A stretch of DNA of 64,000 nucleotides from an uncultured delta proteobacterium (GTDB lineage Bacteria > Myxococcota_A > Polyangia > Polyangiales > Polyangiaceae): contig CAVQUB010000032.1 of NCBI GenBank assembly GCA_963716725.1, forward strand, positions 96,001 through 160,000, in the 5' to 3' direction. Below the pieces are notes generated by a model that was given only the letters and a program-made list of their open reading frames with translations, ran no database searches and was not told where the DNA came from. The number at the start of each line of letters is the position of its first letter. Position 1 is the first letter of the stretch. The translations under genes were made by a program, and so were the position numbers. This document shows, piece after piece, positions 1 through 10,165 of this stretch.

Positions 1-2
1 GC

Positions 3-149
3 GCGGCAAATGACGTCGCCGTCGTCTGGCCGCCCGGGCGGCCCCCCATCTTGATTGCGGCCTATTCGAGCGATTCGACAAGGGCGCTGGCGCAGCTCGA
101 TGCCGCCCACGCCGAGATCGGTCGCCTCATCGCGGTCGCGTTCGGCTGA
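3..149 (+). CDS. C-terminal end of a class A serine beta-lactamase-like protein (partial, runs off window start)
   Basis: Frame 3 reads AANDVAVVWPPGRPPILIAAYSSDSTRALAQLDAAHAEIGRLIAVAFG*, matching the NDxAxxWPxxRxPI C-terminal strand of class A beta-lactamases. Confidence 0.75.
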   Translation, partial: AANDVAVVWPPGRPPILIAAYSSDSTRALAQLDAAHAEIGRLIAVAFG

Positions 150-228
150 GCGGCTTTCGCACCGCGCGGCGAGGTGCTGACCGCTGCCTCCGCTGCTAGA
201 GTCAGCGGCGTGAGCCTCTTGGGCTCGA

Positions 229-2763
229 TCAATCCGGCGATGACGGCCGATCCGCCGCGGCGATTGGCTCGGCGTCGGCGGATTCGCTCGAGTCGGACTC
301 ACCGGAGCTCGGAGTGGTCTCGGTGTCGGGCGGGCTCGCGCCCGGATCGACATCCTCGGCGGGAGGCGCGTCCGCAGAGACGGGATCTTCGGCTGCCGCC
401 TCCTCCGCGCTCGGACTGGGTTCTTCGGCGGGTGCGGGGGGCGCGGAGTCCGGGGGCACGCCGACGGGCGCGAGCTGCCGCGCCAAGCCGAAGTCGCTGG
501 CGAGGGTCACCAAGAGCAGCGCCGCGGTACAGACCACGATCAGCGCGCTCGAGAAATAGAAGTGCAGGCCCAGGTCCTTCTCGATGGCGACGAAGTACTG
601 AGCCGCGCACATGCCCAGGAGCGCGATCCACAGGCCTCCGCCGGCGGGCTTCATCGGCCAGAGCGCGCCGCCCTTCTTGGAGTCGTTCAGCTCCACGGCC
701 AGCATGGGCAGGACGAAGATGAAGTGGGCGTAGTAGTTCGCCGGATGAAACACGATGGGGATCATCAGCGTGCCGAGCGTGGCGGCGAGCGCGATGTTCT
801 TACGGCGGCCGCCGACGGCGACCATCACCGCAAACAGGATGATGCCCGCCGCGAAGAGGCTGGAACGCGCCGCGAGAACGCGGTTGTGGATGCCGTCCGG
901 TCCGCCAATCAGCGCACGCAGACTCACGTGGTTGACGTGCGGATCCCGGTGCAGCATCCCGACCTTGTGCAGCCACTCGGGCCACGATCGGAAGCCGAAG
1001 AGGGCCGATGAGGCCAGGAACAAGACGACGCCGGTGATCAAGGCACCGAGGGCGACCTTCAGGATCGGCATCTGGTGCTGCTTGATGATCGCGATGCTGG
1101 GCAGCCGTTTGTTCGCGACGATATGTTCGCCGAACCACCAAATTGCCGGCAAGGCCGCGCCCACGAGGGCGAAGAACGGGAAGGCGCGGATCAGGCCCGA
1201 GAGCATGAGCAGCGCGCCGGCGAGCATCCACTTTTCGAGTTTGAGCAGGGCGATTCCGATGGCCAGGTACGCGAGCCAGTCGTGTCTCAGCGTCGCGCCG
1301 GCCCAACAGGTGCCGAACATGTAGAAGTCATTGGCTCCGAACACGATGGCGCAGATCAAAGCCGTGCGGACGCCAAACGCGCGCCAGACCAAGCCCAAGG
1401 CGATGATCATCAGGATGGGGTCGAGCATCGCGGTGATGGTCAGCGTGGTGTTCGACGCCCAGGCGTTTCTGAACAGAGCATGCCCAAAGAGGAACCACAC
1501 CGGTGTCGCGTTGCCCCCGTGGTCGCTCATGCTGCCCAGGTAGTCGCGCACCCCCATGTTCTCGCGGAAGTAGCGCATGTCGCGCTTGAAGTCCTCCCAG
1601 CGCTGGGGCGAAAACCGACTCTGGACCTCCTTGATGTCGGCCATCGAGTCGCCGACGCTCTGCATGCGGTGCGTGCGCAAGCTGCGGAGTTGCTGATTGC
1701 GCAAGGACTCGAGGGTGACGCTCTTGTCGTCGTCGACGTAGGCCGCGACGCTCCCGAGGTAGAGCCCATCGAAGCGCAGTTCCTTGAAGTACTTCGCGAT
1801 GGGGAAGTACACGCGCATGTCGAAATTGTGGACGAAGCCCGGACGCCCGTTCTGATAGTCGTGAAACTGCGGGTGCCCGAGGTTGTAGAAGGCTCCGATG
1901 GAGAGGGCGGCGCAGACGCCGAAGGCCCCAATCGTGACGCGACGGTTGGCCAGGAGCTTGGCCGGCGCGAAGACCTCTCGCACCACGACCAAAGCCCCGA
2001 CTGCCGCCACCACGCCGCGAACCAGGGCAACTTCCCGCGTGCTCGGCGGCCAGGCGATGGAGAGCGCACGCCAGAGGTCGAAGCCCGCGGCCGCGGGCAC
2101 GAGCAGCAGCAGCAACGTCCACCAGATCGGCGCGCCCTTCCAGGTGAAGATCACCAAGATGGACAGCGCGAGACCGAAGGCGAGGATCTTGTTGCGGAGG
2201 ACCTCGTCGGGCGGGATCGAGTCTTTGACGGTGGGCTTGGGCGGCCAAGTGCCGGGCGTCTGCGAGAAGACCTGGAACTCGGAGAGCGCGTAGGAGCCGT
2301 CGCCGCCAGTCGCGCTCACACGGACGTAGCGCGCGGTCTCCTTCAAACCGTCGGCGAATCGCGGTTGAAGCCCGCCGCCACCGACCGGGCGTCCCTCCCA
2401 GAGTGGGCGATACGTCTGACCGTCGTCCGAGACGCTGACGTTGTACGAGTCGTTGTCGTCCCCGGTCAGGTACAGGGCAGCGATGGAGGTGGGTTGACCC
2501 AAGTCCCACTCGGCGAACGCCGTCGACGACGAGAAGATCGTCGTGAGCTCGCTCTTCCAGGAGTCGCCTCGCGGGGCGATCACGTTGTCCGTCAGTCGGA
2601 CTTCTCGGCGCAGTCCGCTGTGGTTCGTCGGGAGCTTCCCGTGGATCACGCTTTCGCTCGCGTTGCCGAATCCGAAGCTGCTCGCTGCGCGCTTGCACCC
2701 CGGGAGAAACACCGCGACCAGGACGAGCACGAGCCCCAAGAGGAGCGCCAGTTTCTTCTTCAC
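229..2763 (-). CDS. Membrane protein: signal/lipoprotein leader, discoidin (F5/8 type C)-like domain, then multi-TM GT-C (GT87-like) region and acidic Pro-rich tail
   Basis: ORF 229..2853; GTG at 2763 gives VKKKLALLLGLVLVLVAVFLPGC. WDLG...Y.VSVSDDG...ARYVRV...LSEFQVF is discoidin-like; many hydrophobic helices follow. Confidence 0.65.
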   Translation of the reverse strand: MKKKLALLLGLVLVLVAVFLPGCKRAASSFGFGNASESVIHGKLPTNHSGLRREVRLTDNVIAPRGDSWKSELTTIFSSSTAFAEWDLGQPTSIAALYLTGDDNDSYNVSVSDDGQTYRPLWEGRPVGGGGLQPRFADGLKETARYVRVSATGGDGSYALSEFQVFSQTPGTWPPKPTVKDSIPPDEVLRNKILAFGLALSILVIFTWKGAPIWWTLLLLLVPAAAGFDLWRALSIAWPPSTREVALVRGVVAAVGALVVVREVFAPAKLLANRRVTIGAFGVCAALSIGAFYNLGHPQFHDYQNGRPGFVHNFDMRVYFPIAKYFKELRFDGLYLGSVAAYVDDDKSVTLESLRNQQLRSLRTHRMQSVGDSMADIKEVQSRFSPQRWEDFKRDMRYFRENMGVRDYLGSMSDHGGNATPVWFLFGHALFRNAWASNTTLTITAMLDPILMIIALGLVWRAFGVRTALICAIVFGANDFYMFGTCWAGATLRHDWLAYLAIGIALLKLEKWMLAGALLMLSGLIRAFPFFALVGAALPAIWWFGEHIVANKRLPSIAIIKQHQMPILKVALGALITGVVLFLASSALFGFRSWPEWLHKVGMLHRDPHVNHVSLRALIGGPDGIHNRVLAARSSLFAAGIILFAVMVAVGGRRKNIALAATLGTLMIPIVFHPANYYAHFIFVLPMLAVELNDSKKGGALWPMKPAGGGLWIALLGMCAAQYFVAIEKDLGLHFYFSSALIVVCTAALLLVTLASDFGLARQLAPVGVPPDSAPPAPAEEPSPSAEEAAAEDPVSADAPPAEDVDPGASPPDTETTPSSGESDSSESADAEPIAAADRPSSPD

Positions 2764-2883
2764 GTCGACCAACCCAGTCCGCCGTTCTGCCTCAGCGAGC
2801 ACCACGACCCGCTCGAGGACGCGCGAGGATAGCAGCGACCCCCGTCCCGCCAAGCCTTCTCGCCAAGACGGAGCTTTTCGGCG

Positions 2884-3888
2884 CTACTCGTAGTTTCCGC
2901 CAGGGATTTTCGGGCCCTTGTGCACGAGCACGCCGTTCACCAGCGGCAGAGCCATGATGTTGCCGCCCGCGGCCCAGACTCCGCCCTTGGGGTCGATCCA
3001 GACCGAGTGGAAGTCTCCGAACACGTCGAACCCGAGTGGCTCGTCGACCCAGGAGCCGCTCTTCCGTCGCATCACGCTGCCTCCCGTGCCCGCCGCGTAC
3101 CCGTCGTCGCCGCGCGTGCGGATGCCGATCATGGCGTGGGTGGGCGGCGGGGGGCTCGCGTCCTGCCAAGTACCTGCCGTGTCCTCGAGGATCACCGCTT
3201 GGCTCATGCCGCCGACCGCGGTGTAGCGCCCGCCCGGCTCGGCGAAGAGCGTCAGCAGGCGACGGTTCGTCGGCGAGTCGATCTGCTGAAACCCCTTGCC
3301 GTCATAGTGGACGATGGCGCCGTCCATGCCGACGAAGCGCACGTCGTCCGCGGCGCGCCCCCAGACCTTGAACCACGAAGCGATGGGCACGCTCGGGAAG
3401 TCACTGGGCGCGCTCCAGGTGGTGCCATCGAAGCGCCAAACGAATGCTTTTCCCGACTTCGCTGGGTCGCCGCCGACTGCCCAGAGATCATCCGCGGCCA
3501 TGCCCCAGATCCCGAACACCGTGGCGGTGTCGGGCGTTGGCAGCTTTTCGAAGGTGTCGTTCTGATATCGGAGGATGGTGCCGCCGCTGCCGCCGAAGAA
3601 CACGGGGCCGCCAGGGACCGGGTGGACCCACCACAGGTCCACCTGGTGGCCCGTGGGCTTGCGCGCCCACTTGCCGTCGAAATGCAGCACGAAGGCGCCG
3701 CTGCCGTCCCCCGGGTTTCCGCCAACCGCCCACACGTCGTCGTGTGCAGTGCCCGAGACGCTGATCAGGGCGCCGGGCAGCGAGTCGAAGGTCTGCACCC
3801 ATTTGTTCGGGTCGTGTTCGACTTTCGTGCCGTCGTCGTTGCCGCAAGCGGCGAGCATCAGGGCTGCGAAGATCAGGGGCCGGCGCAT
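2884..3888 (-). CDS. Lipoprotein with beta-propeller-like repeats
   Basis: Lipobox LMLAAC; repeated (V/I)WG.AADD(V/L)WAVG and hHFDG/YDG units. Confidence 0.7.
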   Translation of the reverse strand: MRRPLIFAALMLAACGNDDGTKVEHDPNKWVQTFDSLPGALISVSGTAHDDVWAVGGNPGDGSGAFVLHFDGKWARKPTGHQVDLWWVHPVPGGPVFFGGSGGTILRYQNDTFEKLPTPDTATVFGIWGMAADDLWAVGGDPAKSGKAFVWRFDGTTWSAPSDFPSVPIASWFKVWGRAADDVRFVGMDGAIVHYDGKGFQQIDSPTNRRLLTLFAEPGGRYTAVGGMSQAVILEDTAGTWQDASPPPPTHAMIGIRTRGDDGYAAGTGGSVMRRKSGSWVDEPLGFDVFGDFHSVWIDPKGGVWAAGGNIMALPLVNGVLVHKGPKIPGGNYE

Positions 3889-3897
3889 GGGAGAAAG

Positions 3898-4791
3898 CTA
3901 GCCCATTTTCTGGTCGTCGGAGCCGGGGTTTCGTCCGAGCAGCGCCCCGCACTCTGCTTCACGCCCACGCACCACGCGCCGGCCTGCGAGGGGCCCGCGC
4001 ACTTCGGTCACCACCGTGCACTGTCCTTCGTGACCGTTCTCCTCGTAGAAGAGGATGACCCAGTCACCGGTCTTTCCCAGCTCATGGGCACGAGCCGTGT
4101 TGGAGTGGAGCGCGGTGAAGTTCCAGCTGCCGCGCGTGGTGTGCAGGATGGAGAGCCACGCCTTGCCCTCCGCGTTGAAGCGGCGCGGTGCGATTCTCGG
4201 CAACTCCTCGCGTTTGTTCCGCGTTCGGTATTCATCGTCCACGTCCAGCAGCAATTCGACGCTCGGCGTGTCCCCGGCGGGCTCGGACGACGGAATGAAT
4301 CGCGCGCGCCGCCGAGCTGAGCGCGAGAGCCGGGCGGCCAGCAGATCCCGGAGCGCTTGGACCCGGCGGCGCCCAAAGCCAGGGACCGCCTCCAGCCGAC
4401 CGTCGTGGGCGCAGAGTTCGAGCTGCTCGAGCGTCTCGATGTCGAGCACCTGGTGCAGTCGCTGCGCCAGCGCGTCACCGATCCCCGGCAAGGTGGTGAA
4501 CAGGTCTTCGGGCGAGATCTGCCCCCGGAGGCGTTCGAGCAGCGCGATGCGTCCGGAGTAAACCAGCTCGCCGATCGAGGTCGCGATGCTCTTGCCGATG
4601 GCTGGCAGCTCCGCGAGAGCCTCGGGACCGTCGGCTTCCACGATCTCTGCCAGCGGCCGCGCGCTCTTCCTGGCGGTATCGCCGGCGCGGCGATAGGCGC
4701 GCACGCGGAAGGCGTCGCCCCCCTGAGCGGCGAGGAGATCGGCAATTTGATCGAGCGTGTCTGCGATTTCGCGGTTGCCCGGCGCCCTCAC
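3898..4791 (-). CDS. Helix-hairpin-helix DNA-binding protein (PolX-like N-terminal HhH domains, no evident polymerase domain)
   Basis: NREIADTLDQIADLL..FRVRAYRRA, LPAIGKSIA, LPGIG..LA and VPGFG HhH motifs. Confidence 0.8.
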   Translation of the reverse strand: MRAPGNREIADTLDQIADLLAAQGGDAFRVRAYRRAGDTARKSARPLAEIVEADGPEALAELPAIGKSIATSIGELVYSGRIALLERLRGQISPEDLFTTLPGIGDALAQRLHQVLDIETLEQLELCAHDGRLEAVPGFGRRRVQALRDLLAARLSRSARRRARFIPSSEPAGDTPSVELLLDVDDEYRTRNKREELPRIAPRRFNAEGKAWLSILHTTRGSWNFTALHSNTARAHELGKTGDWVILFYEENGHEGQCTVVTEVRGPLAGRRVVRGREAECGALLGRNPGSDDQKMG

Positions 4792-5123
4792 TTGCCGCGG
4801 GTGGCGCGGGCCTTCGGGGACGTCGTGGCTCGGGTTTGGCGACGCTTCAGGTTCGAGTCGGGCTTGGAGCGGTTCGAGCTGCCACGAGTCGACTTACGCG
4901 AGGCCTGTCCGGTTGCCGAGTCTTCCAGCTTGAAGGACGCCTTGGTGTCGGCCCGCTTCGAGACATTCCGCGTTCCGGCGCGACCTTGGCCCACCTTCTT
5001 GTCCGTCGCGCTCACGCCGGGCAGCGAGGTGTCGACGCTCGCGGGTTTCTTCTTCTTGGGTGCCGCCGTCTTCTTCTTTGGGCGAACGGCGTCACGGTGG
5101 AATTTGGCGGCCTTCCTCAACAT
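4788..5123 (-). CDS. Small, very basic hypothetical protein
   Basis: K/R-rich 111 aa ORF; its stop overlaps the start of the HhH gene by 4 bp. Confidence 0.55.
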   Translation of the reverse strand: MLRKAAKFHRDAVRPKKKTAAPKKKKPASVDTSLPGVSATDKKVGQGRAGTRNVSKRADTKASFKLEDSATGQASRKSTRGSSNRSKPDSNLKRRQTRATTSPKARATRGK

Positions 5124-5181
5124 GGGTCCGAGGCTAGCCGAGCCCGCGGGAATGAGCGAAGGGTTTTGGTGGGCTCTGGCG

Positions 5182-7404
5182 TCAACCGAGCTCTTCGTCG
5201 TCGACCGCGGCGATGCGCAGGGTGAACTCGGCGCCGCCGCCGTCGACGGCCCGCGCCAACAGCCGACCGCCGTGCTGTCGCGCGATTTGCTGCGAGAGCG
5301 CCAGTCCCATGCCGGTACCGCTTGCCTTGGTTGTGTACCCGGGGGTGAAGATGCTGACCAGGTCGGCGATGCCCGGGCCGGTGTCGCGGACAGAGAGCTC
5401 GTAATCGCCTCCCTGGCGGCAAACCGCCAGGGTCGCGACGCGGGTGTCGGTGCCGGCCATGGCCTCGATGGCGTTGCCGACCAGGTTGTGCACGAGCTGC
5501 TTCAACTTGTCCGGGTGGCCGAGCACCCAGGCGGGCTCCCGAGCCAGATGTTCTTCGAGGTGGATCCCGCCGTCGGCCATGCTGGCGGCGTGGGCCCGCC
5601 CAACGCTCCCGGCGATTTCGTTCAAGTCGACCCGCTGCAGCTCGAGGGACCCCGATTGGGGGCTCATCGACAGATACTCGTTGGTGAGGCTGGTCAAGCG
5701 AGCGAGCTCACTCTTGACCACGGCGATGGACGAAGCGACGCGGTCGCGGTCCTCGCTCGCGAGCTCGAGCCTGGAGGTCCGGCGCTCGAGCAACGCGAGC
5801 TCGAGCCCGAGGCTGTTCAGTGGGTTCTTGATTTCATGGGCCAGCAGGCGACCGAAGGCCCCGAGCGTGCTCCACTGCTCAGCGAACCGCAGGCGCGCTT
5901 CGAGCTGAACGCGAGCGAGGGCGCTGGCCGCGACCGGAGCCATGGCCGTTGCCGCCCGCACATCTTGTTCGGTGAACTCCGGCCGTCCGCGTGCCAGACA
6001 AATCACGCCAATCGGCCGATCATTCACCCGCAGGGGCACCACGAGTTGCGGGCCTGGGCAGCGTTGCTGCAAGCTCGTGCAGGCACCGCTCTCGCCGTCG
6101 GCCAGCGCCCGGACTCCCGCGGGCACGCCGGAATCGCCCACGGCGCCCACGCGCTCGAGTCGATTCGAGTGAATGGCCCACGTGTCTTCCACGCGCCCCT
6201 CCGAGTCGTAGAGTTCTATCACCGCGCTGTCGTGGGCGATGAGTCGGCCGAGGCTCTCACCGATCTCCTTGGCATCGGGCCGCCCGGAAAGCCCGCCCAG
6301 CGCCGTGGCGAGCTGGCCTTGGAGGGTCTTCGTCGCCAGAAGCCGGCCCGCGAGACAAGCGATGGAAAAAACCTGCGAGAGTGTGTCGATCAAGATCTCG
6401 TCGGAGTCGCCGCGGCCTTCGCGGGGGTTTCGCAGGCGGAGGGAGCGACCGGCCAGCTCCGAATCAGGCACGAGCTCGGCGATCTCGTGGCCGGTGGCGC
6501 CTGCCACTTCAGTCAGCGCTCTCTCGAGGGAGCCGCTCCCGGCGAGCCACGCGCCGAGGGCGTCAGCCACGCTGCGGGTGGCGAGCTGCTGCAAGGCCAG
6601 GGACTCCGCGCGCCTCGCTTCGTCTCTGCTCTGCTCCCGCTCGACGGCGATGCCTCGACCGAGCGCATCGGCCAGCCCGTCGAGCTCATCCGTGCCGACG
6701 ATCTGCGCGGCGATCGCGCGGTCGTCACCCAGGTCGACCAAGGCGCGGAGTCGCCGGATTCGGCCGAAGATCTGCCCGACTCCGGCCGCCACCAGCGCCA
6801 CGAGCAGTACCGAGCCGGCGCTGGCCCAAGAGCCGAGCCGAGCGTTGTGCTCGAGGCGCGTCTCGACGATCCGGGCCACGGCTCGCACGGTGAGGTCCAG
6901 CTCGGTCAGCTCCAGGAGCACATCCGTGACCAGCGCGCCGCCGACCGGGATGTCGCTGTCGAGCTCAGCCCGAATGCGCGGGAGCAGCTCCGCCCTCCAC
7001 CGGGTTCGGTGCGCTTTGAATCGTTCGCACACTTCCCAGGTGGGACACGCCGCGAAGCCCACCGACGGATCACCAGACACAGCGCGATCCAGCAGTTCGT
7101 CCTGTTCCCCGAGCATGGTTTCGAAGCGGGAGCGCGTCCCGGGATCCGTGCGAGCTTGCGGCAGCTGTACCAGGACCTGCAGTAGGCGAAAGCGTAGGGA
7201 GCCTGCCTCCTGGATGGCCACCGCGAATCCGTCCGTACTCCGTCGCAGCTCGTCGGTGACCAGCCAGGGCACGAGGGCCAGACCGGCGAGCGCGGTCAGC
7301 AGCAGGTAGAAGCGAGATCGGAGCGAAGGCAGGACGCGCTGCGCCCAGGTCGGCGACCTTCGAACGGGCTGAGCGGCTGCCATGGCGGAGGGAGTTGCGC
7401 GCAC
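5182..7404 (-). CDS. Membrane sensor histidine kinase with NarX/PilJ-like periplasmic region and GAF domain
   Basis: AIQEAGSLR box after TM1; LAHEIKNPL H-box, NLVGNAIEA N-box, DTGPGI, F.PGYTTK, GTGMGL. Confidence 0.9.
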   Translation of the reverse strand: MRATPSAMAAAQPVRRSPTWAQRVLPSLRSRFYLLLTALAGLALVPWLVTDELRRSTDGFAVAIQEAGSLRFRLLQVLVQLPQARTDPGTRSRFETMLGEQDELLDRAVSGDPSVGFAACPTWEVCERFKAHRTRWRAELLPRIRAELDSDIPVGGALVTDVLLELTELDLTVRAVARIVETRLEHNARLGSWASAGSVLLVALVAAGVGQIFGRIRRLRALVDLGDDRAIAAQIVGTDELDGLADALGRGIAVEREQSRDEARRAESLALQQLATRSVADALGAWLAGSGSLERALTEVAGATGHEIAELVPDSELAGRSLRLRNPREGRGDSDEILIDTLSQVFSIACLAGRLLATKTLQGQLATALGGLSGRPDAKEIGESLGRLIAHDSAVIELYDSEGRVEDTWAIHSNRLERVGAVGDSGVPAGVRALADGESGACTSLQQRCPGPQLVVPLRVNDRPIGVICLARGRPEFTEQDVRAATAMAPVAASALARVQLEARLRFAEQWSTLGAFGRLLAHEIKNPLNSLGLELALLERRTSRLELASEDRDRVASSIAVVKSELARLTSLTNEYLSMSPQSGSLELQRVDLNEIAGSVGRAHAASMADGGIHLEEHLAREPAWVLGHPDKLKQLVHNLVGNAIEAMAGTDTRVATLAVCRQGGDYELSVRDTGPGIADLVSIFTPGYTTKASGTGMGLALSQQIARQHGGRLLARAVDGGGAEFTLRIAAVDDEELG

Positions 7405-7554
7405 AGCTCCGAGTGGCCATTCAGAGGCGACATGTCGGGCGCGCGCCGTGACGAGATGAGTGACGCATTATACACATGGGTGCGGCGCATCGAGCGTCAT
7501 CGTGCACGCTCCTTTGGAGCTTCGCTGACGCCTGCACCGTCGGTCGAGGTGGGT

Positions 7555-8421
7555 TCAGAGCACGAAATCCAGCATCTGCAGCCGCGTCAGGTGATCCTCA
7601 ATCGCGCGGTTGTAATCCTCGATCAGAAGATCCAGCTTGATCACGAACTCCGTGCCGTCGCTGCCCTCGACGGTGCCGCTCACGGCGATCTCGCGCTCCG
7701 GCAGCAGCAGCACGCCGCTCCAGTCGTCGCCGCGCTTGGGACTGCCCGCGCTCGCCGGCAGATGCAACCAGCCCTTGCTGATGGACTCGACGGCCACGAC
7801 GGAGCCGTCGTCAAGGCGCACGGACGTCGGGAGAGCCTCGGCCGGCGCGACCAGGTAGTGACCCTTCTTGTTCTGCTCGATCAGGGACTCGAGTTCGTCG
7901 AAGAGTTGCTTGCTGAGAGGGGTGTCGTCGCCTTCCAGGAGCGCGTCGCGCATGCGCTTCATCGCCTTCTGCGTCGTCATCAAGTTGTGACGCATCTCTT
8001 CGAGTCGGCGGGTGTCCCGGCGGATCTTGTCGGCGACTACCCGCAGCAGGTTGTAGTGGAAGGGGAACGCGACATCGCCGTGTTCCTCGAAGAACTGCAT
8101 CAGGTCTTTGACCGCGATGTCGAGCAGTTCGACCTTGGACGCTGCCACTGCCGTCGTGCGACGTTCGAGGCGCGCGATGGCGCCCAGCTCGCCGACTGGT
8201 GCGATGGGCTTGAGCCGGAAGCGCTCTTCGCCCCCGTCGCGCAGCGAGACCTCGCCGCTGGTGAGGATCAGGAATCGATCCGAGACGGAACCGGCCTCGA
8301 ACAAGACCTCTCCGCTCTCCGCCGTTCTGGTGTCGCAGGCGGCGACGAGTTGAGCGAGGTGCTCGTCGGTGATGTTGGAGAGCAGGGGGATCTTGCGCAA
8401 ATCGGACGGGGCGACGGGCAT
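7555..8421 (-). CDS. Cyclic nucleotide-binding domain protein
   Basis: LRKIPLLSNI..GEVLFEAG..FLILTSGEV..VGELG..RRTTAVA. Confidence 0.85.
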   Translation of the reverse strand: MPVAPSDLRKIPLLSNITDEHLAQLVAACDTRTAESGEVLFEAGSVSDRFLILTSGEVSLRDGGEERFRLKPIAPVGELGAIARLERRTTAVAASKVELLDIAVKDLMQFFEEHGDVAFPFHYNLLRVVADKIRRDTRRLEEMRHNLMTTQKAMKRMRDALLEGDDTPLSKQLFDELESLIEQNKKGHYLVAPAEALPTSVRLDDGSVVAVESISKGWLHLPASAGSPKRGDDWSGVLLLPEREIAVSGTVEGSDGTEFVIKLDLLIEDYNRAIEDHLTRLQMLDFVL

Positions 8422-8537
8422 GCTGTGACCTCTCGGGGGGGACGGAGTCTAAACCGGATGAGGCCCGCGACCGACGAAAACTCGGTCTCGCGTGCAAGGC
8501 CGAGCTTCACCGGGTATCTTGGAGGTGAGGTGCACAA

Positions 8538-9131
8538 ATGGTTGGGCGGTGCTTAGCGTCGGCTTTGGTGGTTGGGCTCACCCTGGGCTGCGGCTCGGAT
8601 GGTGGTGGTAGCGGCCTTTCGGGGACCGGCGGCGCGAGCAGCGGCGGCGCGAGCAGCGGCGGCGCGAGCAGCGGCGGCGCGAGCAGCGGCGGCGCTGCCG
8701 GGCAAGCGGGCGGTGGCAGCGCGGGCGTGGGGACTGGTGGCGGTGCGGGTGCGGGCGGTGCGGGCGGCTCGGGCGCCGGCGGTGCGGGCGGCTCGGGCAC
8801 CGGCGGCTCGGGCACTGGCGGCTCGGGCACTGGCGGTGCGGGCACTGGCGGTGCGGGCACTGGCGGCACGGGGAGTTGCTCAGGCGTCGCCACCGGGCTT
8901 CCGCCGGCGTGTGACGCGTGCGTGAAGGGTGCGTGCTGCAAAGAAGTGCTCGCCTGCCAGGCCAACACGCCCTGCACTCAGCTCGTCGCCTGCCTCCAGC
9001 AGAAGTGCGTCGGCGTCCCGGATCTGACGGCCTGCGCCATTCAGAAATGCTCCAGCTTCCTGGCGGGCGCGACCCTCGCGACGGCGATCCAATCCTGTCA
9101 ACAGAAGAGCTGCCCCACGCAGTGCCCGTAG
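8538..9131 (+). CDS. Gly-rich lipoprotein with Cys-rich C-terminal domain
   Basis: Lipobox LTLGC; GGASS and GTGG(S/A) coding repeats; CDACVKGACC..C..C Cys cluster. Confidence 0.75.
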   Translation: MVGRCLASALVVGLTLGCGSDGGGSGLSGTGGASSGGASSGGASSGGASSGGAAGQAGGGSAGVGTGGGAGAGGAGGSGAGGAGGSGTGGSGTGGSGTGGAGTGGAGTGGTGSCSGVATGLPPACDACVKGACCKEVLACQANTPCTQLVACLQQKCVGVPDLTACAIQKCSSFLAGATLATAIQSCQQKSCPTQCP

Positions 9132-9137
9132 CCGAGA

Positions 9138-10058
9138 TCAGCCACGCTTCTTCTTGGTCTTCGGTGCGCCCTTGCGCTGCTGCGGAGGCTTCGAGGGCAT
9201 GGCCGCCGGCTTCTTGCCAGAGCGCAAGAAGATCACGGCTTCGCGGATTTGAGCGTCGGTCATCGAGTGTCCGACGTTGCGTCGGCCCACGACTAGGCTC
9301 TTCCAGCCCATAGCCCGGAGCGCCCGGCCGAGTCGCGCCGGATCCTTGCGCGCGCGATCCTTGTGTCCGTAGCCGACGTATACGGGCACCTTCGGCTGAG
9401 TACCCTTCGCCCAACGTTCGACCCCTTTGGGTGCTCCCCCGCCGGCGAACACAGCGTAGCCAGCCACGTCGAGACGTCCGCGAAGCGCAAGCCCCGCGGC
9501 GTAGTATGCACCCGCTGAAAACCCCCACACGAACACCTTGGCGAAGGGGCGACCGTTGCGTTTCTCGAGGGTCTCGCGGGCCTGCTTCCACTCAGCTAGC
9601 ACTTCGGCCTCGAGCGCGTTCTGTCCGGCGACGGACGAAGGCCAATTCCAGTGGTCGGCGAACTTGCTCGAGCCCGCGCCCACTCGGCCTCGAGGTGTGA
9701 TCACCGAGAAGCCGTGGGCCTTCGCCGCGCGCGCGAGCCCGCGCTGGCCGTTCCACTGCCACGTCGTTCCGACCTTGGTCAGCCCGTGCAGAAAGATCAC
9801 CAGCGTATCGGGGGCACGCTCCGGAGGTACCGGCGAATAGTGGCAGACCGTCGGCGTCAGCTCCTCGATGCCCTCGCCCCGATAGCACCAGGGCTGCTCC
9901 GCCCCCGCCTCGTCGGCGGTGCCGGCGTCGGGACTGAACAGCGCGTCTGGCTCACCCAGGTCATCGGCAAATCGCGGGGCGGCGGCTTGCGCGAGCGCAT
10001 CGCAGGGAAGGGCGACGGCGAGTGCCACCGCCGTCACCCAGAAGGGCGGGGGAGCCAT
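9138..10058 (-). CDS. Secreted alpha/beta hydrolase (esterase-like)
   Basis: ATG at 10058 starts a signal peptide; LVIFLHG, nucleophile elbow WGFSAGA, C-terminal VGH. Confidence 0.8.
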   Translation of the reverse strand: MAPPPFWVTAVALAVALPCDALAQAAAPRFADDLGEPDALFSPDAGTADEAGAEQPWCYRGEGIEELTPTVCHYSPVPPERAPDTLVIFLHGLTKVGTTWQWNGQRGLARAAKAHGFSVITPRGRVGAGSSKFADHWNWPSSVAGQNALEAEVLAEWKQARETLEKRNGRPFAKVFVWGFSAGAYYAAGLALRGRLDVAGYAVFAGGGAPKGVERWAKGTQPKVPVYVGYGHKDRARKDPARLGRALRAMGWKSLVVGRRNVGHSMTDAQIREAVIFLRSGKKPAAMPSKPPQQRKGAPKTKKKRG

Positions 10059-10165
10059 GACAGTCAACTCCCTAACATGCGGGACTCGATCAGCCCATTT
10101 GGGACCGCCGTCGTTCGGCACGAGCCTTGCTCGATGCACTCGCAAGCGACCCGAAAGGTGCCCCA

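Noticed and set aside
1075..7185. Long alternative ORFs such as 1075..2832(+), 4357..7185(+) and 56255..58243(+)
   Set aside because: Antisense shadows of motif-bearing genes, expected in high-GC DNA.
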